Shown: positions 21,167 through 30,867 of the stretch, piece by piece
Layout of the letters: the number at the start of each line of letters is the position of its first letter
Position numbering within the stretch: position 1 is the stretch's first letter
Origin: Spirochaetia bacterium
GTDB taxonomy: Bacteria > Spirochaetota > Spirochaetia > SZUA-6 > Bin103
Direction of reading: 5' to 3'
DNA length: 64,000 nt
Assembly: GCA_965199955.1 (NCBI GenBank)
Contig: CBDATQ010000001.1
Location: forward strand, 1,696,001 to 1,760,000
Made by a program: the position numbers and the translations under genes
The notes under the pieces: model-generated
The model's input: the letters and a program-made list of their open reading frames with translations, nothing else
Told to the model about the DNA's origin: nothing
Database searches by the model: none

Positions 21167-22653
21167 ATCGGGCCGATGCGCGGCTCGCCGTGATCGACCG
21201 CGAACACGGTGGCGTCGAAGCTGCGCAGCAGCAGCTCGGTCTTCAGCGCCTGCCGGTCGGGGGCGTCCCAGAGGTTGTCGTGCTCGTCGGGGTCGGCCTC
21301 CATGTCGAACAGCTCGCCCCGGTCGTGTCCGTGGTAGACGACCAGCTTGTAGCGGTCGTTGCGGTACATGGTCGCGTGCGTGTTGTCCGGCATGTCCACG
21401 GCGTCGTAGTACTCGCTGCGCACGAAGTCGCGGTGATGGCCGCTCGGCGCCGCGCCGGTCAGGAGCGGCAGCAGTGAGTGGCCCTGCATCCAGTGCGGCG
21501 GCTCCTGCCCCGCGGACTCCAGCAGCGTGGGCGCAAGGTCGGTGAGCTCGACCAGCGCCTGCGAGCGCAGCCCGGCCTGCAGGCGCCCCGGCCACGACAG
21601 GATCAGCGGCACGCGCACGGCGCTGTCGTAGAAGCGGCAGCCCTTCTGGATCAGGCCGTGGTCGCCGAGCGCCTCGCCGTGGTCGCTCATGAAGATCACC
21701 AGCGTGTCGTCGATCTGGCCGGCCTCCTCGACCGCATCCAGCATGCGCCGGACCTGGTCGTCGATCTGCTCGATCATCGCGTAGTAGGCGGCTTTCAGCG
21801 TCCACGCATCGCGCGCCTCCAGGAACGCGGGGGCGTCGCTCGGCGGTGCCGGGTCATGCCACACGCCGCCGGGGCCCGGCGTGCGCGGCAGCACGGGACT
21901 GGCCATGTCCAGCTCCGCGGGCGGCCGGGCGCGCGACTGGAAGTCGACCGCGGCCAGCCGCTCCTGCTGCGCCAGATCGCTCTCCCGGTACGCCGGACCG
22001 GGCAGCGCCTGCGGATCGTAGCGGCGGCGGTAGGAAAGCGGCGGATTGAACGGGGGGTGCGGGTCGTAGATGTTGACGCTGGCAAGCCACGGCCCGTCGC
22101 GCTGCTCCCCGATGAAGTTGATGGTCTCGTTCGCGCACCACGTGGTCTGGTGCAGCTCGGCCGGCACGCCGTTCGGGTCCTTGATCAGCTCGGCAAGGGT
22201 GGTGCCGTGGCCCTTCACCCAGTCGGCGTAGTCGTGGCCCTCCGGCCAGTCGTCGCGCGGTGCGTGGCTGTAGCGCCAGCGGCGGTAGCCGTCGTCCACC
22301 CGCGGCTCCACCTGGCCGTAGGCGCTGGCCAGGTGCAGCTTGCCGACCAGCGCGCAGTCGTAGCCGGCGTCGGCCAGCAGACGGGTCACCAGCGGGAAGC
22401 GATCGGAGAACCGCGGCACGCCGTTGCGGCTGGCGTGCGCGGTGCTGGGGTAGGTGCCGGTGAGGAAGCTGGATCGTGACGGCGTGCACATCGGGCTCTG
22501 CGCGTAGGCGCGGGCGAAGGCGACGCCGCCTGCAACGAGCCGGTCCAGATTCGGCGTGCGCACGTGCGGGTTGCCGAGCGCGCCGATTGTGTCCGGGCGC
22601 TGCGAGTCCGTGCAGATCCACAGGATATTGGGCCGGGTGCCGGTGCGTGCCAT
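21163..22653 (-). CDS. Sulfatase (Cys-type)
   Basis: PNILWICTD, CTPSR motif, GKLHL, SDHG, ELFD...DP.E..NL. Confidence 0.92.
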   Translation of the reverse strand: MARTGTRPNILWICTDSQRPDTIGALGNPHVRTPNLDRLVAGGVAFARAYAQSPMCTPSRSSFLTGTYPSTAHASRNGVPRFSDRFPLVTRLLADAGYDCALVGKLHLASAYGQVEPRVDDGYRRWRYSHAPRDDWPEGHDYADWVKGHGTTLAELIKDPNGVPAELHQTTWCANETINFIGEQRDGPWLASVNIYDPHPPFNPPLSYRRRYDPQALPGPAYRESDLAQQERLAAVDFQSRARPPAELDMASPVLPRTPGPGGVWHDPAPPSDAPAFLEARDAWTLKAAYYAMIEQIDDQVRRMLDAVEEAGQIDDTLVIFMSDHGEALGDHGLIQKGCRFYDSAVRVPLILSWPGRLQAGLRSQALVELTDLAPTLLESAGQEPPHWMQGHSLLPLLTGAAPSGHHRDFVRSEYYDAVDMPDNTHATMYRNDRYKLVVYHGHDRGELFDMEADPDEHDNLWDAPDRQALKTELLLRSFDATVFAVDHGEPRIGPI

Positions 22654-22763
22654 GCCGCACCGTAGCCGCGAATCGCTTTGCAGGGGAACGGGTTCCGGGA
22701 GTAAGCACATCGGATTACCCACGGAGCGGTGCTTCGATGGGACTTACGGAGGCTGCGTACGCC

Positions 22764-23140
22764 ATGAAACCGACACGTTTTCGCTTCGTCACGCTCATCG
22801 GACTGCTCGCCTTTGCCCCGTTGCTGGCGGGCGCGGCCGGCCAGACCTCGGCCGGAGCCGCCGGTGATGCCCCGATGGAGGTCTCGTTCCTGATGGAGAT
22901 CCGTTCGGGCGAGGAGTCGACCTGGTTCCTGGACCAGGTGGAGGAGAGGTTCAACGACCGCATCGTCCCCAACGGCGTCTACCACGGCGACAAGGAGAAG
23001 GTGAGCCTGCTGCTCGCCACCGGCGAATGCCCGGACCTGTTCTGCCCCGGCGATCCCTACGACACCCTGGCGCAGGGCCTCACCCGCACGATCCCGGTGG
23101 AGATGATCCACGAGCACGCACCGCAATACACCAAGCTGCT
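22764..23140 (+). pseudogene. Extracellular solute-binding protein, N-terminal remnant fused in frame to a transposase
   Basis: GGAGG RBS, signal peptide, VEERFN, KVSLLLATGECPDLF, IHEHAPQY. Confidence 0.7.
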
Positions 23141-23740
23141 GGACGGGCTGTACATCGTGCGCAGCAACGTGGAGCCGCAGGTGCTCGACGCGGCGCAGAC
23201 GGTGCGCGCCTACAAGGGGCTGTCGAAGGTGGAGCGGGCGTTTCGGTGCATGAAGTCCGTGGACCTGAAGGTGCGCCCGATTCACCACCGGCGCGCCGAT
23301 CGGGTGCGGGCGCACGTGCTGCTGTGCATGCTGGCCTACTACGTGGAGTGGCACATGCGGCGCTCGTTGGCGCCGTTGCTGTTCGACGATCACGATCGAC
23401 AGGGCGCCGAGCGCAAGCGGGTCTCCGAGGTGGCTCCGGCGCAGCGATCGGCGGCCGCGGCGGCCAAGGCGTCGAGCAAGCGCACCGAGGACGGGTTGCC
23501 GGTGCACAGCTTTCGGACGCTGATCACTGAACTGGGCACGCTGACGGCGAACACGATGCAGGTTGCAGAGGGCGGCAGCACGTTCACGCTGCACACGCAC
23601 CCGACGCCGGTTCAGCAGCGCTGTTTCGAGCTGCTTGGGCTCACGCCCCGCATGTAGCCATGCACAGGAACCTGCACCATTGAGAAACTACCCTGACCAC
23701 AAGGATTTCAGGCAATTTCGCTCCTGGAACTTCGGGTTAG
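23140..23740 (+). mobile_element. IS1634-family element remnant (transposase C-terminus plus probable right end)
   Basis: LDGLYIVRSN, YKGLSKVERAFR.MK..DL.VRPIHH...RVRAHV.LCMLAYY, GLPVHSFRTL; stop at 23657; probable end sequence GGAACTTCGGGTTAG at 23726-23740. Confidence 0.8.
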
Positions 23741-23743
23741 TTT

Positions 23744-23979
23744 TGCGGACTCGGAGGCGTGCGTCAGCGGCGAGGGTTGCGGGGGACAACGGCTGGACGA
23801 CAGGGGGATGGTGGGACCGACTTTTCGGTCGGCCTTTCGTGGCAAACCTCCCCGTCAGTCCGCTACCACATTGGCTTTCGTGTTGCCCGGACGCTCACGC
23901 CGTGAGTCGTTGGCCTTGGTCTGAGACTGGAGATGGGCCAAGCCAGGGTATCCTCGCTGTCCGGGACCGTGAGACCGCA
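23744..23979 (+). ncRNA. Candidate structured non-coding RNA or IS non-coding end
   Basis: Nested stems: 23744-52/23971-79, 23767-77/23950-60, 23795-807/23849-61, hairpins 23815-30 and 23894-906, and 23910-15/23936-41; G-U pairs favour the + strand. Confidence 0.4.
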
Positions 23980-24002
23980 GATGACGGATTGCGTCTGCGG
24001 TC
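23973..24002 (-). terminator. Hairpin at the 3' end of the GNAT gene
   Basis: gaccgcagatg-N8-cgtctgcggtc directly at the stop codon. Confidence 0.45.
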
Positions 24003-25122
24003 AGACCCGGTCGGCGTGCGGCAGGTATGCCGGCAGCGGGAACCACGAGACTGGCAGCGGCGGCCGCAAGGGTCCGAACAGCGCCCGCATCGCCGCGATC
24101 TCGTCCATCGTGAAGTCCGCCGGGTCGTCCGTGGGCACCACGGCGGCGCTGGAGCCGTCGACGCTGAGGCGCCACGGATTCGCCTCGCCGATCTGCAGGG
24201 CCAGGCTGCCGGGCTCGGCACCGCGTGAGCGGACGCGTTCGCGGAGCAGGGCGGTCAGTACCGCCGGCCAGTCGAACACTTGCCAGCTATCGGCGGAGCG
24301 CACGGTCGTGGCCTCCGCGATCGCGTCGAGATCTCGTACCAGCGCGGTCTGTGCCGGCGACACCCAGACCGTCACCGAGGCGATGTCCCGGTGGGCGCAC
24401 CACGCGGCGGCGACCCGCATCGCGGCCGGCACGTCGGCGGCCAGCAACTCGGTGACCTGCGATCCGTCGCCGCCGGCGATCAGGTAGCCGGCCAGCCCAC
24501 CGCCGGCGACCGCGGCGTACGGCCGCTTGTTCCAGCTCGAGCAGATCGTGACGAACTCCGCGGCCGGCCGCTCGCCGCGCATGGGCTGCCCGGCATGCAG
24601 GCGGTGCGCGTCGGCGAGCAACGGGTCGTCGTCGGTCAGGTGCCGGAACTCGATCCCCGTGCCGTCGACGCCGGCTGCCTGTAGATCGTCCCGCTCCAGC
24701 GTGAACCGCAGCTCGGTCCCGCACTGTTCGTAGCCGAAGTGTCGGTAGCGAGGCCTGCGGCCGCTGAGCCACGACAGGGGATAGCCGGCGGCGCGGATCT
24801 CCTCCACGCAGTGGCGCATCAGCGTGCTCATCAGGCCTCCGCCGCGATGCCGCGGATGGGTCGAGACGCCGCCGATGCAGGCCACGCGCAGCGCGGCGTC
24901 GCCCACGTGCCAAGTCAGCGGGAAGACGCCGACCGCCGCCGCCAGCCGGCCGTCGCGGCGGATCGCGTAGTTGCAGCGCATGAGCTCGTCGGTGGGCCGG
25001 TAGATCTTCGGCAGCAGTGAGGGGAAGTCGTGCGGGCCGTGCGAGAAGGAGAAGGCGTAGTTGAGTAGATCCATCGCCTCCCCGAAATCGGCTGCCGTGA
25101 GCTGGACGATCCGTTCGCTCAC
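24001..25122 (-). CDS. GNAT family N-acetyltransferase (Eis-like)
   Basis: IGGVSTHPRHRGGGLM, WLSG...YRHFGYE; tandem-GNAT length. Confidence 0.85.
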   Translation of the reverse strand: MSERIVQLTAADFGEAMDLLNYAFSFSHGPHDFPSLLPKIYRPTDELMRCNYAIRRDGRLAAAVGVFPLTWHVGDAALRVACIGGVSTHPRHRGGGLMSTLMRHCVEEIRAAGYPLSWLSGRRPRYRHFGYEQCGTELRFTLERDDLQAAGVDGTGIEFRHLTDDDPLLADAHRLHAGQPMRGERPAAEFVTICSSWNKRPYAAVAGGGLAGYLIAGGDGSQVTELLAADVPAAMRVAAAWCAHRDIASVTVWVSPAQTALVRDLDAIAEATTVRSADSWQVFDWPAVLTALLRERVRSRGAEPGSLALQIGEANPWRLSVDGSSAAVVPTDDPADFTMDEIAAMRALFGPLRPPLPVSWFPLPAYLPHADRV

Positions 25123-25238
25123 CGCGTCCTCCTCGTACCCGTCTGCATGTTCGAACTCCCTCCGTAGCGCTTACAGGGCGGACGCTGTCGCGCCCTGCGT
25201 GCGATACTCGCGCAGACTCACGAGGAGAATCCACAGAC

Positions 25239-25616
25239 ATGCGATGAGTCTTCATTCTCTGCGCCGTCGCGCTCCTGGTAGCGGCCGTCGGCGCCTCCGC
25301 GCAGACCCTGCTGATCTGGGCGGACGAGAACCGGGCCAACGCCCTGCAGGAAGTCGTGCCGGCTTTCACCGAGGCGACCGGCGTCGAGATCGAGGTCGTC
25401 GGCTTCGGCGAAATCAGGACCCAGGCCGGGGTCGCCGGACCCGCCGGAGAGGGGCCGGACCTGTTCGTCGGCGCGCACGACTGGACCGGCGAGCTGGCGG
25501 TCAACGGCTTGGTCGAGCCGATCGACCTGGGGGCGCGCACCGGCGAGTTCTTCGAGGTGGCGCTCACCGCGTTCAGCTTCGAGGGCAAGCTCTATGCCGT
25601 GCCCTACGTGACCGAG
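25239..25616 (+). pseudogene. malE: Maltose/maltodextrin-binding protein remnant
   Basis: GAGGAG RBS; ATG CGA TGA gives a stop at codon 3; signal peptide, LLIWAD, GEGPDLFVGAHDW.GEL, GKLYAVPY; C-terminal two-thirds missing. Confidence 0.75.
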
Positions 25617-26820
25617 ATGATCGCCGGCCCATGAACACCAGGCCCGGCGCCAGCCACGGCAGGGCGACGGCGCCGGGCCGCAGGTAGGCGTAGTTGATCA
25701 GCAGCGCCGCGGCTGTTCGTGCTGTGGCCGGTGCTGTACACCGCCTACGTCGGGCTCACCAACTGGAGCACCGGGCACATCCTCAGCAAGGAGCAGGCGA
25801 TCGAGCGCCTGGAGAGCATCGCCGTCGAGTCGGCGGGTGATCCCGTGACCCTGGACCTGGCGGTGTGCCGCGATGCGGAGGGCGGGTTGGCCTTCCACGT
25901 GACCGGCAGCGACGACGAAGCCTGGTTCGGGGTCCCCCGTCCGCGCGGAGCGGAAGCGGGCGAGGCCGGGCTGCTGGAGCCGGCGGAGCTGGGCGTGACC
26001 GACGAGGACGGCGACGGGCTGCCGGAGTCGATCGGCGCCTGGACGCGCCTGCAGGGGCTGCAGGTGATCGGCGTGGCCGGCGCCATGGAGAACCTGGTGC
26101 TGGATCTCCCCGGCGGCCAGGCGGAGGTGCTCACCACCTCCAGCGTGCGTCTGGTGGCGTCTGGCCAGCGCTACCGCTACGACCCCGCCACCGACACCCT
26201 GCTCGACACGCAGACGCAATCCACCTGCAGCACCGTGGTGGGCGCGTTCGCCTGTCCCGACGGGCGGCAGCTCGATCCGGGTTGGCGGGAGGTCGTGGGC
26301 TTCACCAACGTCGTGCGCGTCATCGCCGACGGCCGCTTCCGCGGCCCGTTCGTGCGGGTGTTCACCTGGAACATCGTCTTCGCAGTGGCCTCGGTGGCGC
26401 TCACATTCGCCGTCGGCCTGACTCTGGCCAACGCCCTGCAGGACACGCGCCTGCGCGGCCGGCCGCTCTACCGCTCGATCTTCATCGTCCCCTATGCGGT
26501 GCCGGGGGTCATCTCCGCGATCGTCTGGCGCGGGCTGCAACGACCAGTTCGGGCAGGTCAACCGGGTGATCGAGCTGTTCGGACTGGCCGGCGTCCCGTG
26601 GCTGCAGGACCGGAGGTGGGGGCGAAGTTGGCGGTGCTGCTGGTCAACACCTGGCTCGGGTTCCCGTACATGTTCCTGATCACCTCGGGCGCGCTGCAGT
26701 CGATTCCGGACGAGCTGAAGGAGGCGGCGTGGGTCGAGGGGGCCTCCGCGGCACGCGTGTTCGCCACCGTGACGCTGCCGCTGCTGATGGTGGCCACGGC
26801 GCCGATGCTGATCGGATCGT
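25617..26820 (+). pseudogene. malF: Maltodextrin ABC permease remnant (internal inversion, frameshifts, truncation)
   Basis: TNWSTGHILSKEQAI, VGFTN, WNIVFA, IVPYAVP, VNTWLGFPYM, EAAWVEGAS; compensating frameshifts near 26538 and 26620. Confidence 0.75.
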
Positions 26821-27019
26821 CTACTCGGAGTACATCCTGGCCTGCACCCTGCTGCGGAGCACCGACAACATGACTCTGGCGCTGGGGTTGCAGCTCTTCG
26901 TAAGCAGCGACTACTCGGCGCGCTGGGGCAACCTGTCCGCGGCCGCGATCGTGCTGACCTTCCTGTTCGCGCAGCGGCAGATCATCGGCGGCCTGACCCG
27001 CGGCGCGGTCAAGGGTTGA
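26820..27019 (+). pseudogene. malG: Maltodextrin ABC permease, C-terminal remnant
   Basis: YSEYILA..LL...TLALGL...WG..SAAA...Q..II.GLT.GAVKG*. Confidence 0.7.
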
Positions 27020-27053
27020 CCGCGAGGCAACGGTTTCGTAGGAGAAGATCAGG

Positions 27054-27263
27054 ATGGATGCCAATGTCTTCCTCGGCGCGCTGATGGTGGTGTACGGAAT
27101 CGTCACGCTGATCCTGCGCAGGGTTGCGCCGGACCGGTTCTGGAAACTGGAGACCATGAAGAAGAAATGGGGCGAGAAAGCGGCCCTGAGGATTCATGTC
27201 ATCGGCTACACGGTGTTGCCGCTGGTAGCCGGCACGGTGCTCATCATTCGCGGCCTGGCGTAG
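27054..27263 (+). CDS. Small two-TM membrane protein, unknown function
   Basis: AGGAG RBS; 69 aa with two hydrophobic segments flanking a Lys-rich loop. Confidence 0.65.
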   Translation: MDANVFLGALMVVYGIVTLILRRVAPDRFWKLETMKKKWGEKAALRIHVIGYTVLPLVAGTVLIIRGLA

Positions 27264-27272
27264 CGGGGATCG

Positions 27273-28123
27273 ATGAGCCGCCGCCACGACGACGATCGCG
27301 GCATCACGGCCTGCCCGGGGACGTGTCGCCCTGGGACGTGCGCTTCGACGCCGGGGACCGGGCGTTTCTGGACGCGGAGGGTGATGGGCGGTTCCGCCTG
27401 CGCGTGTGGACGGAGTCGGCGCTGGGGTCCGCCCGACTGGTGGTGCGGACGGCCCGGCAGGTGGACTCGTATCCGATGACGGCGGTTGCGGCGAGCGAGC
27501 GCTTCACGTTCTGGGAGATGGTCGCCGGGCCGTTCGCATCCCGCTCGTTGTACTCGTTCGCGTTCCGAGCGGACGGCGGCCGGGGCCAGGGCGTTTACCT
27601 GTCGCCTGCCGGCATCACCGTCGCCATCGAGCGGCTTCTTCGCCTTCGCCGACCTGGTGCGGAACGGCCGCCGCTCGGAGTTCCGCGACTGGTTCGTGAT
27701 CGAAGGGTGGCCGCCGCGCATCCTCTATCGCCCGCACGTGAAGGCGCACCGCAGCCTCAAGGAGTGGTTGCCGGTGTGGCAGGAGGAGACCGGCCTGCCG
27801 GTCGAGGAGGTTGCCGACGCCGGCCCCGCGGTGGAGCCCACCTACGAGGCGTGGTACGGGGTGCCGACCATGCCGCGCGTGAACCTGGCCTATCCGCCGG
27901 CGCGCTCCTACATGCTGCAGGCGCTCACCTGCTGGGTGCGCGACTACGGCGTCGACGGCTGGCGGCTGGACGTGGCGCGCTACGTCGATCCCGACGTGTG
28001 GCGCGACCTGCGCCGCGTGCTGCGGGAGGTTCGGCCCGGGCCCGTCTGCTCTGGGGCGGCGGGACGGTCGCCGACGGGCGCCTGCGCGTGGCGGGCCGGG
28101 ACGCCGCCATCGTGCGCGCGTGA
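27273..28123 (+). pseudogene. GH13 neopullulanase/cyclomaltodextrinase-type remnant
   Basis: N-terminal Ig-like part, then GFFAFADL...DWF, YEAWYG...[12 protein letters not shown]; catalytic Glu region deleted; C-terminal tail ends at 28123. Confidence 0.75.
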
Positions 28124-28966
28124 CGAACGGGCGCTCACGGCCGCGCTGATCGCCGGCTTGGCGGCGCTGCCGGCCGCCGCCCAAACCGAGCCGCCCGCGT
28201 ACGATCCCGGTTTCTACCTGCTGCTCATGTGGCATCAGCATCAGCCGCTCTATCCCAAGGACGGGGACGTCGTCTATTCCCGCCCGTGGGTACGGGTGCA
28301 CGCGACCAAGGACTACCTCGACATGGCGGCCCTGGTCGCCGAGCACCCCGGCGTGCGGGCGGTGTTCAACCTCGCTTGGACCGATCCCGACTTCCTGGCA
28401 GCCGCCCCGCTGGCGGACCTGGTGGCGCGCGGACGCGGCTTCGCCGAACAGGACAAGGAGGTGGTGCTGGCCGAGCACCGGCGCATCCTCCGGCAGGTGA
28501 TCCCCCTGCACGCGCGCCTGTGGGAGGAGGGCCGCATCGAGGCGACCACCACGCCGCTCGCGCACCCGATCCTGCCGCTGATCGCCGACACCGACTTCGC
28601 GCTGGCCGGAAACCCAACGGCGCGCCTGCCCGAGCATCGCTACCGGGAGATCATCGACGCCGACCAGCAGGTGATCCGCGGCCTGGACGTCGCCGAGCGG
28701 CTGCCCGGCCGCAACGCCGCGCTGCCGGCGGGCCACGGCTGGGAATACGCGCTCACCGTGGAAGGCTGGGACTCCGCGTTCTACGTGGCTGACGCGGCCG
28801 GAGCGCTGGAGGAACGCCAGCCATCGTTCGACCTGGTGGTGTTTCCCGCCAAGGGCCGGGTGGTGGTCCGGCTCCTGCGGGAGCTCTCTACTCGCCCGCG
28901 ACCGGCCCGATCGACGGCCTGATAGCGGACGACTTCGGCCGCATCCCGCTGCTCACCCGACACTGA
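28120..28966 (+). pseudogene. GH57 amylopullulanase-type remnant
   Basis: WHQHQP, PWVR.HATKDY, TTP.AHPILPL, then a sugar-binding-domain-like piece LPGRNA...GW..ALTVEGW and tail DDFGRIPLLTRH*; several internal deletions. Confidence 0.75.
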
Positions 28967-29045
28967 GCCAGGGCAACGTGCCGACGGTCTTCGTCTGCAC
29001 GTCCGAGTTGGATGCACAGCTTTGGGCGCGCTACATTGTGTTCCG

Positions 29046-29839
29046 ATGCGCCTGACCCATCTCACGCTGAAGAACTGGCGGAACTTCAAGCATGCGGACT
29101 TCGACCTCCAGGACCGGATGTTCGTCATCGGTCCAAACGCCTCGGGCAAGTCGAACCTCCTCGATGCGCTGCGGTTCCTCAAGCAGATCGCTTCCACCGG
29201 CGGTGGATTCCAGGATGCCGTCGACCGCAGAGGAGGGATGTCCCGAATCCGGTGTCTCGCCGCGAGGAACCTCAATCACGGCCACGTGACACTGGGAATC
29301 AATTGAGTCGAATCAACCAGGCGCTGAAGGTGGCCGTTCCCCAACTCGACCGACTTGAGCTGGTGCAGGATGAGATTGGAGGCTGGCATCTGGAGGCCCG
29401 CTACCAGCACTGGAGGCCGCAACCTGCTCGACATAACGAGCGCGAGTTCTCGGACGGAACACTTCGACTGGTAGGTCTCTTGTGGGCTCTGTTGGAAGGG
29501 AACAGATCGGGCGGACCCGTGCTGCTCGAGGAGCCCGAACTGTCGCTCCACCTGTCGGTCGTGAGGCAACTCCCGGCTATCCTCAGCCGCGTTCGAAGAG
29601 CCGGGGGCTCGCAGGTATTGCTCACCACCCATTCCGCGGAGGTGCTGCAGGACCCCGGTCTGGGAAAGGACGAGGTCGTGCTCCTTCGTCCTGGCGACGA
29701 AGGCACGGAGGCCGAGACGGCGGCCTCGGTCCAGGACATCCAGCCGCTTCTGGATACCGGGCTGAGCTTGGCCGAGATTCTCGTCCCAAGGACCGAACCT
29801 GACGAGATCCAGGATCTTCCGAACCGGCTCGTCAGGTGA
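29046..29839 (+). pseudogene. ABC/SMC-type (AAA_21) ATPase with internal deletion
   Basis: NWRNF, GPNASGKSN in one frame; FSDGTLR, LLEEPELSLH, TTHS in another; junction near 29300. Confidence 0.8.
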
Positions 29840-30444
29840 CCGTCGTGTATTTCGCGGTCGAAGGAGAAACGGACGTCCCGATCGACGAGCGGGTGCTCCG
29901 CCTGATTGGGGTGAAGCCCATGCGAGCGGTCGTAGCGGGCGGCAAGTCCAAACTCGACCCGAAGATCCCTGATTTGAACCGATCTGGAGCGCATCTGAAC
30001 TGGCTGATCATGCGCGATCTCGACCATGACCAGTCGTGCCCACCGGAGCTGATTCGACGGCTCCTATCCGGCAATAGCCCGTCTTCGCGGGTCAGCATTC
30101 GAGTTCCGGTTCGCGCTGTTGAGAGCTGGATACTCGCCGACGTCGACGGATTCAGTCAGGAGTTTTCGGTTGGCCGGAACCATGTCCCTGCAAGACCAGA
30201 CGACTTGGAGAGTCCCAAACGAGAGCTGGTTGATCTGTGTCGCCGTTCGCGACGATCAGAGATCAAGGCGGCTATGGTTCCGCGTAGCAGCGGGGGCCGG
30301 CTGGTGGGGCCGGAGTACGCGAACCGCATATCCGCGTTTGTTCGGCGACGCTGGGATCCGGAGCGCGCAGCGCATAGATCGCCAAGTCTGTGCAGGGCTT
30401 TGATTGCTCTGAGGAAGTTCGTCGATCGAGGCGTCTGGACGTAG
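29836..30444 (+). CDS. TOPRIM-like (DUF4276-type) protein coupled to the ATPase
   Basis: VEGETD, GGKS.L, RDLD (DxD), ESWILAD, PK..L, SPSL; GTGA overlap with the ATPase stop. Confidence 0.7.
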   Translation: MTVVYFAVEGETDVPIDERVLRLIGVKPMRAVVAGGKSKLDPKIPDLNRSGAHLNWLIMRDLDHDQSCPPELIRRLLSGNSPSSRVSIRVPVRAVESWILADVDGFSQEFSVGRNHVPARPDDLESPKRELVDLCRRSRRSEIKAAMVPRSSGGRLVGPEYANRISAFVRRRWDPERAAHRSPSLCRALIALRKFVDRGVWT

Positions 30445-30458
30445 GATCTGCTACACCG

Positions 30459-30859
30459 GTGGGGACCGCATCCGACCGAACCATCGCCGCGGCCATCGCC
30501 GCCCGGCAGGCGGCAGCGCACCGTACTCCGAGTTCCTCGTCGGCGCCGCGGTACGGAGCGACAGCGGCGCCGTCTACACCGGCTGCAACGTAGAGAACGC
30601 GGCCTACCCGGAGGGGATCTGTGCCGAGGCGTCGGCGATTGCCGCCATGGTCATGGCTGGCGAGCGCCGCATCGCAGAGATCGCCGTGGCCGGCGGCGGC
30701 GTGCACCTGTGCACTTCCTGCGGCGGATGCCGGCAGAAGATCCGGGAGTTCGCCGCCGACACCACTCCGGTGCTCGTGTGCGGCCCCGACGGACTCCGGA
30801 GGCGCTTCACGCTGGGCGACCTGTTGCCGTCGTCCTTCGGGCCGAACAACCTCGCCTGA
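30459..30859 (+). CDS. cdd: Cytidine deaminase (frameshift near 30515)
   Basis: PYSEFLVGAA, GCNVENAAYP.GICAE, SCGGCRQ, LLPSSF; the N-terminal ~19 codons are in another frame. Confidence 0.82.
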
Positions 30860-30867
30860 GCGCGGCG

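Noticed and set aside
25641..25679. 11-bp inverted repeat first read as a malE-malF intergenic stabiliser
   Set aside because: It lies inside the inverted malF coding segment, so it is not an intergenic element.
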